A DNA stretch of 64,000 bases from Parasphingorhabdus sp. (GTDB lineage Bacteria > Pseudomonadota > Alphaproteobacteria > Sphingomonadales > Sphingomonadaceae), in contig NZ_JBLWWU010000006.1 of NCBI RefSeq assembly GCF_048267785.1, positions 11,942 to 75,941 on the forward strand. The letters run 5' to 3'. The notes under the pieces were generated by a model. The model was not told where the DNA came from. It ran no database searches and saw nothing but the letters and a program-made list of their open reading frames with translations. Below, one piece after another: positions 20,288 through 29,390 of the stretch; the first letter of the stretch is position 1; each line of letters opens with the position of its first letter. The position numbers were made by a program, and so were the translations under genes.

Positions 20288-21604
20288 CTATTCAGCCATC
20301 AGATGCTCGGCAATAGCCTGGTAGGCTGGCAGCGACGTTGCATCAAAACTTCCATTCGTGGCGACCGGGTGGGAGGCGAATCTGACAATCACCATTTCCG
20401 CTGCGGGATCGATATAGATGGTCTGGCCATGGATTCCCCGTGCCGTATAAGCGCCATGGGCATTTTGGGAAACCCACCATTGATTGCGGTAGCTCCAGCC
20501 AGGCAATGTGGCATATCCCGCCTTGGCAAAATCCGATTTGCTCGCCCCGGCCCGCATATCTTCAACAACCGACTTGGGCAGAATCTGTTGGCCATTGAAG
20601 AATCCGCCCCGTCGCATCATCTCGCCAAAGCGGGCCTGATCACGCAACACCGCGTTAAACCCGCCCGCTGCAAAACCAGTGCCGGCGGAATCAATCAGCA
20701 TATAGGCATCCATTTCTGTGCCCAGTTTGCGCCAGATATGCGTTTCCAGCGCCGCGACCGCCGTTTGTCCGGTTACACGCTGGATCAGCCAGCCCAGAAC
20801 TTCGCTATTGACCGATTTGTAAATAAATTGCCCGCCATGCTCGCCTTCCTTTTTCAGCGTCGGAAGATAATCGTAAAATGTCTTCTTTCCGTCATATCCA
20901 GGCGGTGGTGGCAGGATACCGCCTGCATAGGAAAATTCCCAGACATCGGAATTCGGGTCGGCATATTTTTCGGAATAGCTGATCCCGGTCGTCATATCGA
21001 GCACTTGTCTGACCGTTGCATCGGCAAAAGCAGAACCCCGCATTTCGGGGATATATTTTGTGACCAGTGCGTCTGGGTCAAGCTTCCCTTCGCTGATCAA
21101 CATCGCCGCAAGCGTTCCAAAATAGGATTTTGTTACGGAGAAGGACATGTGCGGCAAGTCGGGTTTCGCGGCACCGAAATAACGTTCGTAGACGATCCGT
21201 CCCTTGTGCAGCACGATGATCGAGTCGGTATAATTTACCTTGAGCGATTGTGCCCAGGTCATGCTCTGGTCACTGCCAAGCGGCAAAAACTGCACGTCAT
21301 CAAGATCAGATCGCTCTGCTCTCGGCAATAGCGATACCGCGCCATTGCCTCTCGCTACATTTTTGGTCGGCACCAGTTCGCGCATATGGGAAAATGACCA
21401 GCGCGACTTCGGGAATTGGTAAAACCCCATATCGCCATGACGGACGATCTTGTCGGGTGGAACCGGATCGCCTTGCATCCATCCCATGGTTACCGGATCG
21501 GAATCCTCCGGTCGCTGATCGGTAGATTGTGCAAAGCTGATTGTCGAGGCACATAATGCAAAAATGGCCATGCCCGAACTGATAATCCGTTTGGTCATGG
21601 CCAT
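20288..21604 (-). CDS. Periplasmic serine hydrolase (class C beta-lactamase / NylB-like esterase-amidase)
   Basis: SxxK (SVTK), YKS and RGIHGQ motifs; signal peptide; 23 bp downstream of the TBDR. Confidence 0.88.
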   Translation of the reverse strand: MAMTKRIISSGMAIFALCASTISFAQSTDQRPEDSDPVTMGWMQGDPVPPDKIVRHGDMGFYQFPKSRWSFSHMRELVPTKNVARGNGAVSLLPRAERSDLDDVQFLPLGSDQSMTWAQSLKVNYTDSIIVLHKGRIVYERYFGAAKPDLPHMSFSVTKSYFGTLAAMLISEGKLDPDALVTKYIPEMRGSAFADATVRQVLDMTTGISYSEKYADPNSDVWEFSYAGGILPPPPGYDGKKTFYDYLPTLKKEGEHGGQFIYKSVNSEVLGWLIQRVTGQTAVAALETHIWRKLGTEMDAYMLIDSAGTGFAAGGFNAVLRDQARFGEMMRRGGFFNGQQILPKSVVEDMRAGASKSDFAKAGYATLPGWSYRNQWWVSQNAHGAYTARGIHGQTIYIDPAAEMVIVRFASHPVATNGSFDATSLPAYQAIAEHLMAE

Positions 21605-21627
21605 TTCTCCTTACTGTTTTCGTGTCG

Positions 21628-23907
21628 TCAGAATTTGATATTGGCTTGCAAGGCGATACTGCGCGGGCGTTCGAATATACCATTATAGGCGACGCCGGTA
21701 CCCCCGGTAATCGTTGTCGAAAGTGGCAGGTTGCCAGCGGTGGTCAAGATTCGCTCGTTGGTCAGATTCTTGCCGATCAGGGCAAGGCTCCAATGATCAT
21801 CCACTTCACTGAGCGAAATTCGAGCACCCATTTTTACATAGCTTGCTTGGCGGGTCCGCGGATCCAGATTGGCCGCTGCTATAAAGCTGCTGGAAAAGTC
21901 AGCGTTTAAATTGATCCCCAGTTTGAGAGAGTCCGTCAATTCATGCCTGAAATCTCCGTTCAGATTGCCCGACCATTTGGGGGTCAACGCATTGCGCTGT
22001 CCAGAATAGTCGCAAAAGCCACCCGGTCCCGGGGTCTGTTGGAAATAACATTGGCCTTGGGGAAAGTTGGTGAATTCGAAATCGAGATAGGCGATTGCGC
22101 CGCTCAGCGTGAAATGTTTGTCGACGGCCCAGCGCATGTCCGCCTCAATGCCTTGCGTCGTCGCACCGGCGGCATTGCGAACGTTGAAACCCAATACACC
22201 ATCAAAGATATTTACCTGCAAATCTTTGTATTTGGTTCGATAAAGGGACAGATTTAGAGCAAAATTCCGCGTGTCATATTTGAGTCCCGCTTCGATATTG
22301 TCTGCCCGTTCATCTCCAAACTGAAATGCGCCCGGTGTCGCAACCGTTGTCGAGCCGGGAAGTGCGTTCGACCGGATATCGAATCCACCTGCCTTTGTCC
22401 CGCGTGCAAAGGATGCGTAGAACATCAGTTCGTTGGTGATATCATATTGGACATTCGCCATCGGGTTGAAGGAGTTTTCACTCAATGAACCGCTGATACT
22501 ATGCGCTTCGATATTCAAGGCCCGGAATGTGGCGGTCACGGCAGCAAGTGGTGAGGCGTTCAAAGGGCCGACGCTAATGGCAAGTTCCCGGTCGCCGCTT
22601 TTTTTCTCATGATTGAAGCGGGCGCCTGCGGTTAGCCGTAGCGAATCGGTTAGCGATATTTCACCCTGCGCAAAGGCGGAAATCAAATCCGACTTCTGCG
22701 AGTAAACCCGGTCATTGGACGTATCGCCGATCGCCGCAAAAGCCGTTGCCAGGAAAAAGGGAGAGAATTTGACCTGATCCGTCGCGTCGAGTTTGCTGTG
22801 CTGATAATAAACGCCTGCGATATAATTGAATGGATTGTCGCCCGGGGACGCGATCCGCAGTTCCTGGGAAAACTGGCTGTAATCTTCCGTCTGGTTGGTG
22901 CCATCGAGAAAGTTCAATTCAATAAAATCAACATCCAATAGCTCCCGGACGCTATAATCGAGATATCCGGTTGTCGAGGTCAACGTGTGATCGCCGATCT
23001 CGTAATCGACATTCAGCACCGCATTGAAAATCTTGTTGCGACTTTCATAGCCTCCGTCTGCCCGGACATTGTCAAGATCGGTTTCAACCGCAAGAGGTCC
23101 TGAAAAAATCGCAGAATAAGTTCCAACTGGACCAAATGCTTCCCGCGGCTGGCCTTTGGTCTTGAAGTCGGCATATTCCAATTTGACGTTGGCAGATAAC
23201 GGGCTGTCGCCTTCAAAGCTCAAGATTCCGCGAACAAATGCTTCACGCACATTCGGCTCGTTTCGATCTTGCAAGGTGTTAAAGACATAACCGTCCATAT
23301 CGCGATAATAGCCGACTACTCGCGCGCCGATGTTTTCCGATACCGGGCCGGATAATACGCCTGTTATCTGGGCTTCATTATGATTGAATTCGTATAACGC
23401 CTTGAGCGACCCTTCAAATTCATCGGAGGGTTTGCGGGTGGTTACGTTGACAGCGCCGGCGATGGCGTTTTTGCCGAATAAGGTCGGCTGAGGACCGCGC
23501 AGCACCTCGACCCGTTCCAGATCGACAAGTGGCAGACGACTGAGTTGGTCTCGTCCATAGTAGATATTGTCAACGAACATTGCGACTGATTGTTCGAAAC
23601 CCTTATTGTCACCCGATGCGATGCCGCGGATCGCGATGCGATTGGCAATTGCGGTCTGGGTTATCTTGAGATTGGGGATTGAAGAAGAGACTTCCTCGAG
23701 GCTGGTTTGCCCGTAGGAGTCAATCTTCTCGCCTGAGACTGCGCTGATCGAAATCGGGACGTCAGACAGGCCTTCGGCGCGTTTCTGTGCGGTAACGACA
23801 ATGACATCCAATCCCCCTTCCTCTTGCGTATCCTGTGCGAAAACCGGCGTGCTGCATAAAGCAAAGGACAAGGCTATGGCGGTGCTGTTTAATATATGTG
23901 ATTTCAT
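21628..23907 (-). CDS. TonB-dependent receptor
   Basis: Signal peptide, IVVTAQKR, ERVEVLRGPQPTLFG, C-terminal Phe (ANIKF). Confidence 0.95.
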   Translation of the reverse strand: MKSHILNSTAIALSFALCSTPVFAQDTQEEGGLDVIVVTAQKRAEGLSDVPISISAVSGEKIDSYGQTSLEEVSSSIPNLKITQTAIANRIAIRGIASGDNKGFEQSVAMFVDNIYYGRDQLSRLPLVDLERVEVLRGPQPTLFGKNAIAGAVNVTTRKPSDEFEGSLKALYEFNHNEAQITGVLSGPVSENIGARVVGYYRDMDGYVFNTLQDRNEPNVREAFVRGILSFEGDSPLSANVKLEYADFKTKGQPREAFGPVGTYSAIFSGPLAVETDLDNVRADGGYESRNKIFNAVLNVDYEIGDHTLTSTTGYLDYSVRELLDVDFIELNFLDGTNQTEDYSQFSQELRIASPGDNPFNYIAGVYYQHSKLDATDQVKFSPFFLATAFAAIGDTSNDRVYSQKSDLISAFAQGEISLTDSLRLTAGARFNHEKKSGDRELAISVGPLNASPLAAVTATFRALNIEAHSISGSLSENSFNPMANVQYDITNELMFYASFARGTKAGGFDIRSNALPGSTTVATPGAFQFGDERADNIEAGLKYDTRNFALNLSLYRTKYKDLQVNIFDGVLGFNVRNAAGATTQGIEADMRWAVDKHFTLSGAIAYLDFEFTNFPQGQCYFQQTPGPGGFCDYSGQRNALTPKWSGNLNGDFRHELTDSLKLGINLNADFSSSFIAAANLDPRTRQASYVKMGARISLSEVDDHWSLALIGKNLTNERILTTAGNLPLSTTITGGTGVAYNGIFERPRSIALQANIKF

Positions 23908-23942
23908 CAGAATCCCCTCCCAGGACATTTTCATTTAACGTT

Positions 23943-23960
23943 GTCTTTATATGCAAGTTA
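23943..23960. promoter_or_regulatory. Cluster operator motif copy (14/18, reverse strand)
   Basis: Reverse complement reads TAACTTGCATATAAAGAC; upstream of the TBDR. Confidence 0.55.
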
Positions 23961-24120
23961 CTTGTATCTGTATCGGTATTCCGAACATCCAGTTCATTAC
24001 ATCCACCCGATGCCATAAACTGTATTTCAACCAAAAACCCCGCAGACAAACTAACCTAATTCCCTTTGTTATCGCAATTTTCTCAAAAGGAGCTTGCCAT
24101 AACATATCACCGATTATAAG

Positions 24121-24138
24121 GTATGTTTAAACAAGTCA
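24121..24138. promoter_or_regulatory. Cluster operator motif copy (16/18, reverse strand)
   Basis: Reverse complement reads TGACTTGTTTAAACATAC; a weaker CTTG-N6-CATA copy lies at 24093-24106. Confidence 0.7.
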
Positions 24139-24183
24139 ATACTGCAAATTCAATGCGCATTGGCGATCACAAAAGGGGGGCAA

Positions 24184-25146
24184 ATGCACTTCGCATCCGA
24201 TCAAAATCTGACGCTGCCTGCAATCGCAGCGCCAATGTTTCTAATATCCGGACCGGAAATGGTGATTGCCGCATCCAAAGCCGGGATTATCGGGGCCTTT
24301 CCGACCCCCAATGCCCGCACATCTGAAATATTGGATGACTGGATGGCGCAGATCACAACAACTCTTGCGGCCGAGCCGAATGCTGCGCCTTGGGCCGCCA
24401 ATCTGGTTGTTCACCGATCCAATCCGCGTCTGGCGGAAGATGTTGCCTGCGTCGTCAAATATAAGCCGCCACTGGTCATCACGGCGTTGGGGAGCCCGGC
24501 CGAAATTATCGAACAGGTGCACAGCTATGGTGGTCTGGTTTATGCGGACGTCAATTCCGTTGCGTTTGCGCGCAAGGCCGCCGCAGCCGGTGTCGATGGA
24601 CTTGTTCTGGTAGGCGCTGGTGCGGGTGGCCATACCGGCCAGATTGCCGGTTTCGCCTTTGTCGAAGAGGTCAGAAAATTCTGGGATGGCGCAATTGTTC
24701 TGGGCGGCGCCATTTCCAGTGGTCACGCGATCCGAGCAGCCGAAGTGCTCGGCGCAGACCTTGCCTATCTGGGAACATCGCTAATTCCCTGCGAAGAAAG
24801 CCTGGCTGTGCAGGAATATAAGCAGATGGTGCTCGATGCCGGTGCCGAGGATATCATACCGTCCAACGCCATTACCGGCGTGACGGCCAACTGGCTGAAA
24901 CAAAGTCTGATCAATGCCGGACATGATCCCGACAATATGGGTGGTCCGGGCAAAATCAATTTTGCCGATCCCCAAAATGACAGAAAGGCCTGGAAGCACG
25001 TTTGGGCTGCGGGGCAGGGCGTCGGCGCGGTGACGCAAAACGCGCCGATCGCTGATATCATCAGCCGGATGGGGGCGGAATATGACGATGCGATAAAGCT
25101 TCCCGCTTTCGGTCGCAATGCAGGAGACGACAATGACCAAAGGTGA
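24184..25146 (+). CDS. Nitronate monooxygenase / FabK-like FMN oxidoreductase
   Basis: AAPMFLIS, GAGGHTG, GGAISSG and YLGT motifs. Confidence 0.88.
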   Translation: MHFASDQNLTLPAIAAPMFLISGPEMVIAASKAGIIGAFPTPNARTSEILDDWMAQITTTLAAEPNAAPWAANLVVHRSNPRLAEDVACVVKYKPPLVITALGSPAEIIEQVHSYGGLVYADVNSVAFARKAAAAGVDGLVLVGAGAGGHTGQIAGFAFVEEVRKFWDGAIVLGGAISSGHAIRAAEVLGADLAYLGTSLIPCEESLAVQEYKQMVLDAGAEDIIPSNAITGVTANWLKQSLINAGHDPDNMGGPGKINFADPQNDRKAWKHVWAAGQGVGAVTQNAPIADIISRMGAEYDDAIKLPAFGRNAGDDNDQR

Positions 25147-26365
25147 AGTTTTTATCCTCGGCGGTGCGCAGACTGATTTTGCGGCCAATTATGCGCGCGA
25201 AGGCAAAGGCATTTTTGACCTGTTCCGCGACGTCACCGAAGATGCATTTGAAGCATCCGGCATCGAACCCAAAGACGTCGAAGCGGCCCATGTCGGTAAT
25301 TTTGTTGCCGAACTGTTTGCCGGACAGGGGCAACTCGGTGGTTTTCTGGGTCATGTTCATCCCGATCTTTCCGGTGTCCCGGCATCGCGCCATGAGGCCG
25401 CTTGCGCATCGGGCAGCATCGCGATGCTGGCGGCGAGCGCGGAAATAGAGGCGGGGCGTTATGGGCTGGCCCTCGTTATCGGGCTGGAACTCATGCGCAA
25501 TGTACCGGGCCAACGGGCGGCAGAACATCTCGGCGCAGCCGCTTGGACGGGTCGTGAAGCGAATGAAGCGCGCTATTTGTGGCCCTATATGTTTTCCGAG
25601 CTGGCGGATGAATATGGCGAACGCTACGGTCTCGATGCGGCCCATTTGCGGGCGATTTCGGAAAATAATTTTTCCAATGCCAAGCGAAATTCCAGAGCAC
25701 AGACCCGCGATTGGAAAATCACTCCCGAGCATTTTGCGGATAATGATGAGTTTAATCCGCCGATCGAAGGATGCCTTCGCAAATCAGATTGCGGGCAGGT
25801 AACAGACGGAGCGGCGGCGATTTTCCTGGCCTCGCGCGAATATGCGGAAGCCTATGCCCGACGGCGCGGGATATCGCTCGACAGCATTCCCCGTATCAAG
25901 GGCTGGGGGCATAGTACTGCACCAATGCTATATCGGACAAAAATCGAGGAAAGCCGCGACAGCGCCTATGTCTTTCCGCATGTCCGCAGCGCGATGATGG
26001 ATTCCCTGAAACGCGCAGGAATGTCCGATATCTATCAAGTCGACGGGGTCGAAGTGCATGACTGCTTTTCGATCACCGAATATATGATCATCGACCATTT
26101 CGGTATTACTCCGCCGGGCGAAAGCTGGCGTGCGATCGAGGATGGTACGATCAAGCTTGGCGGCAAGCTGCCGGTCAATCCGTCCGGTGGGCTTATCGGT
26201 CTGGGGCATCCGGTTGGCGCTACTGGCATCCGTATGGCGCTGGACAGCGCCCGACAGGTCACCGGCGATGCGGGCGATTATCAGGTGGAAGGTGCACAGA
26301 ATTTTGCGACATTCAACGTCGGTGGCAGCGCGACGACTTCGGTCAGCTTTGTCATCGGGACATAG
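25133..26365 (+). CDS. Acetyl-CoA acetyltransferase (SCP2-type thiolase)
   Basis: EAACASG, VHDCF, GHPVGATG and FNVGG motifs. Confidence 0.9.
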   Translation: MTKGEVFILGGAQTDFAANYAREGKGIFDLFRDVTEDAFEASGIEPKDVEAAHVGNFVAELFAGQGQLGGFLGHVHPDLSGVPASRHEAACASGSIAMLAASAEIEAGRYGLALVIGLELMRNVPGQRAAEHLGAAAWTGREANEARYLWPYMFSELADEYGERYGLDAAHLRAISENNFSNAKRNSRAQTRDWKITPEHFADNDEFNPPIEGCLRKSDCGQVTDGAAAIFLASREYAEAYARRRGISLDSIPRIKGWGHSTAPMLYRTKIEESRDSAYVFPHVRSAMMDSLKRAGMSDIYQVDGVEVHDCFSITEYMIIDHFGITPPGESWRAIEDGTIKLGGKLPVNPSGGLIGLGHPVGATGIRMALDSARQVTGDAGDYQVEGAQNFATFNVGGSATTSVSFVIGT

Positions 26366-26391
26366 CGTCACAAGATCAGGATTTCAGGAGA

Positions 26392-27588
26392 TTGAGCAAT
26401 AGCATGAGCAATTCTACATATATTTATGATGCGGTGCGCACGCCACGCGGCAAAGCAAAGGCCGATGCGCCACTGGCACAGCTCTCTCCGCAGGAATTGA
26501 TCAGTCAACTGCACACGGCGTTGAAAGACCGTAATCAAGGCGCACTGGAAAACCCTGATTCCCTTCTTCTCGGTTGTGTTGGTCAATTTGGTAGCCAGGG
26601 CGGGAATATTGCGCTCGTGTCAAAATTGCATGCCGGCATTCCCGATAGTGCGTCGGCCAGCACCCTGAATAATTATTGCGCATCGGGACTGACGGCAATC
26701 GGCCAGGCGTTTGAATCCGTAGCCTCCGGCAATGCCAAAGCGGTTCTGGCTGGCGGTGTTGAAATGATGTCTCAGGTTCCCTTCATGGGCGACAAGGCCA
26801 GCTATTATGATGATGATCGTTTCCCCGCCAGAACCCGATATATCCCCGTTGTCCTGGCAGCTGATCGATTGGCGCAGAGGGAGGGGATCACAAGACAGCA
26901 GCTCGATGAAGCCGCGCTGACTTCACAGCAGAAAGCCGCCGTTGCCCAGGATTCCGGGGCGCTTCAGAAATCCAGAATAGCGATTAAAAATGCCAATGGG
27001 TCGGTTGTGCTGGATCGGGATGAATGCGTTCGCGGTAAAACCACTGCGGCATCGCTTGCATCCATGGCGCCTGGTTTCGGTGAACTGGCGACACATTATG
27101 CCGAGGCACTGGGTGACGAAACCTTTGATCCTATCCACACCATATCGCACGCACCACCCATATGTGACGGTGCGGGTCTCGCTTTGGTCGGTGGTGCCGG
27201 ACTGGGCGAGGGTGAGCCGCGCGCCCGGATTCTGGCCTATGCGGATTGCGGTGCCGATCCGGCGGCGGCACTCACAGCCGGCTTTGCATCCATGGAACGG
27301 GCGCTGGAACGCGCGGGGCTATCGCTGGAACAGATAGACCGGATCGAATTCATGGAAGCGTTCGGGGTCACTATCGCAAAATTTCTGCGGGATTATCCGG
27401 TCAATCCAGAAAAGGTCAACGTCAGCGGCGGTCATATCGCAAAAGGCCATCCTCTCGGAGCGAGCGGAGCGATATTGATTTCGTCACTGCTGGATTGCCT
27501 TGATGAGGCGGATCAGAAAATCGGAATGGTTGTGGTCAGCGGGGCGTCCGGATCCGGCGGCGCAATGATTGTAGAGCGTCTGAACTGA
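26392..27588 (+). CDS. Classical-fold thiolase-like protein with divergent active site
   Basis: YDAVRTPRGK, NNYCASG and GHPLGASG present; MEAF replaces NEAF and S-G-A replaces the C-terminal CxG. Confidence 0.85.
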   Translation: MSNSMSNSTYIYDAVRTPRGKAKADAPLAQLSPQELISQLHTALKDRNQGALENPDSLLLGCVGQFGSQGGNIALVSKLHAGIPDSASASTLNNYCASGLTAIGQAFESVASGNAKAVLAGGVEMMSQVPFMGDKASYYDDDRFPARTRYIPVVLAADRLAQREGITRQQLDEAALTSQQKAAVAQDSGALQKSRIAIKNANGSVVLDRDECVRGKTTAASLASMAPGFGELATHYAEALGDETFDPIHTISHAPPICDGAGLALVGGAGLGEGEPRARILAYADCGADPAAALTAGFASMERALERAGLSLEQIDRIEFMEAFGVTIAKFLRDYPVNPEKVNVSGGHIAKGHPLGASGAILISSLLDCLDEADQKIGMVVVSGASGSGGAMIVERLN

Positions 27589-27631
27589 CCGTCGGCCCCA
27601 CGTGATATTGAAACAGGAATAGGAATACGAA

Positions 27632-29347
27632 ATGACCAAATCGCTGTCAGAACTGGTGTCACAGCATCAAGAGCTGATTGAAAAGGCAGTGGATGCCGTC
27701 AACACGCGCCGCAACTGGAGTCCGTTCAAGGATTCTCCCAGCCGCAAATTTTATCCCGAAGGCAGGCCTGAAGAGGGCAAGGCTGCCTTTGAAGCAAGGA
27801 TCGGACAGAAATACGAAATTGATCAGCCTGGCATCACGGGTTGGACCGGGGCAGAAGTGTCACCCTATACCGGCAAACAACTCGGCATCACCTATCCCCT
27901 GAGTGATCCCGATATACTGGTGGACAGCGCGAAGACTGCGATGGCCAGCTGGGGCAGGACCACTGCTGAAGAGCGTATTGCCCTGTGTCTGGAGATGGCG
28001 CTGCGGATCTACGATCGCGGTTTTGAAATGGCGCACAGTATCATGCACGTGGCTGGGCAAAGCTTTACGCAAGCCTATAGCGGCAGCGGACCCAATGCGC
28101 TGGATCGCGGTATAGAAGCACTGGCCTATGCGGCAAAGGCGATGAAGGACGTAGCGCCGTCGGGGACCTGGGAACGGCGCTTCGGCGCAGATGACATTGT
28201 GCTGGAAAAAAAATACCGGATGGTGCCGCGCGGCATAGGCCTGGTCATTTGCTGCGCTTCATTTCCGACATGGAATGCCTATCCCGCGATGTTTGCCAGT
28301 CTTGCCACCGGAAATCCGGTGATCGTAAAACCGCATCCGATCGCAATTTTGCCGATTGCGATCGCCGTGGAAGAATGCCGTGCAGTTCTCGCTGATTTTG
28401 GTTTTGATCCCAATCTGGTAACGATGGCCGCGGATACGCCTGAAGAGCCTGTGGCCCAGAAATATATCGACAATCCGCATGTCCAGATCATCGATTTCAC
28501 CGGCAGCCCGCGCTATGGCGGCTATCTGGAAAAGACCGTCACCGAAAAACTGCTTTATACTGAAACGGCGGGGCTGAATTCGGTAGTGATCGACTCCACC
28601 GAAAACCTCGCTGAAACCGCGAAAGCCATAGCGCGTGGAACCTGCCTGTTCTCGGCGCAAATGTGTACCAGCCCGCAAAACATCCATATCCCGAAATCCG
28701 GTATCATGACGGCCGACGGGCATGCCAGCTTTGACGATGTTGCTGCGGCACTGGTTTCGGCGGTCGACGATATCGCTAACGCGCCTGCGGCTGCGGCCGG
28801 TGTGATGGGGACAGTGCAGGCTCAGAACAGCGTCGATCTCGTCTTGGATCTGATGGAGCGCCTGGACGGGCACGAGGGCGCGCAAGTCATTCGCAGAGCG
28901 TCGCCCTATGTACATCCTGATTTCCCGGATGCGCGCACCTTGACGCCGCTGATAGTGACACTTGAAGCAGGCAATGAGGAAATATACAGTGAAGAGCATT
29001 TCGGCCCTGTGCTGTTCATCATTGCCGCTGAAGATGCCGAGGGTGCCGTGAATGACGCGACCCGTCTGGCCCGCCAACATGGGGCTATTTCATCCTTTCT
29101 GTATTCAACCGATGCAGATTTTGTTGACTGGGCGGTTGAAGAATATGTCCGCAGCGGGATGAATCTCACCATCAACATGCACGGCGCGATGTGGATTAAC
29201 TTTGCCGCTGCTTATAGCGATTATCATGTCACCGGGCTGAACCCTGCCGGCAATGCCTGTCTTGCGGATCTCGCGTTTGTCGCCAGCCGGTTCCGCATTG
29301 TGCAATATCGCCAGCCTGCATCATCTGTCGCTTCAATCGCGGCTTGA
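27632..29347 (+). CDS. paaN: PaaN-like aldehyde dehydrogenase
   Basis: CASFPTWNAYPAMFASLATGNPVIVKPHP, DFTGS, QMCTSPQN and EEHFGP motifs. Confidence 0.85.
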   Translation: MTKSLSELVSQHQELIEKAVDAVNTRRNWSPFKDSPSRKFYPEGRPEEGKAAFEARIGQKYEIDQPGITGWTGAEVSPYTGKQLGITYPLSDPDILVDSAKTAMASWGRTTAEERIALCLEMALRIYDRGFEMAHSIMHVAGQSFTQAYSGSGPNALDRGIEALAYAAKAMKDVAPSGTWERRFGADDIVLEKKYRMVPRGIGLVICCASFPTWNAYPAMFASLATGNPVIVKPHPIAILPIAIAVEECRAVLADFGFDPNLVTMAADTPEEPVAQKYIDNPHVQIIDFTGSPRYGGYLEKTVTEKLLYTETAGLNSVVIDSTENLAETAKAIARGTCLFSAQMCTSPQNIHIPKSGIMTADGHASFDDVAAALVSAVDDIANAPAAAAGVMGTVQAQNSVDLVLDLMERLDGHEGAQVIRRASPYVHPDFPDARTLTPLIVTLEAGNEEIYSEEHFGPVLFIIAAEDAEGAVNDATRLARQHGAISSFLYSTDADFVDWAVEEYVRSGMNLTINMHGAMWINFAAAYSDYHVTGLNPAGNACLADLAFVASRFRIVQYRQPASSVASIAA

Positions 29348-29390
29348 TGGGTATGACAGGATCGGGATTTATTCTTAAGGAGCAGTTCTG

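Noticed and set aside
20303-21331. 342-aa plus-strand ORF
   Set aside because: Antisense shadow of the serine hydrolase.
20288-21604. Beta-lactam resistance gene
   Set aside because: Motifs and catabolic context fit the NylB/esterase branch of the fold, not AmpC.
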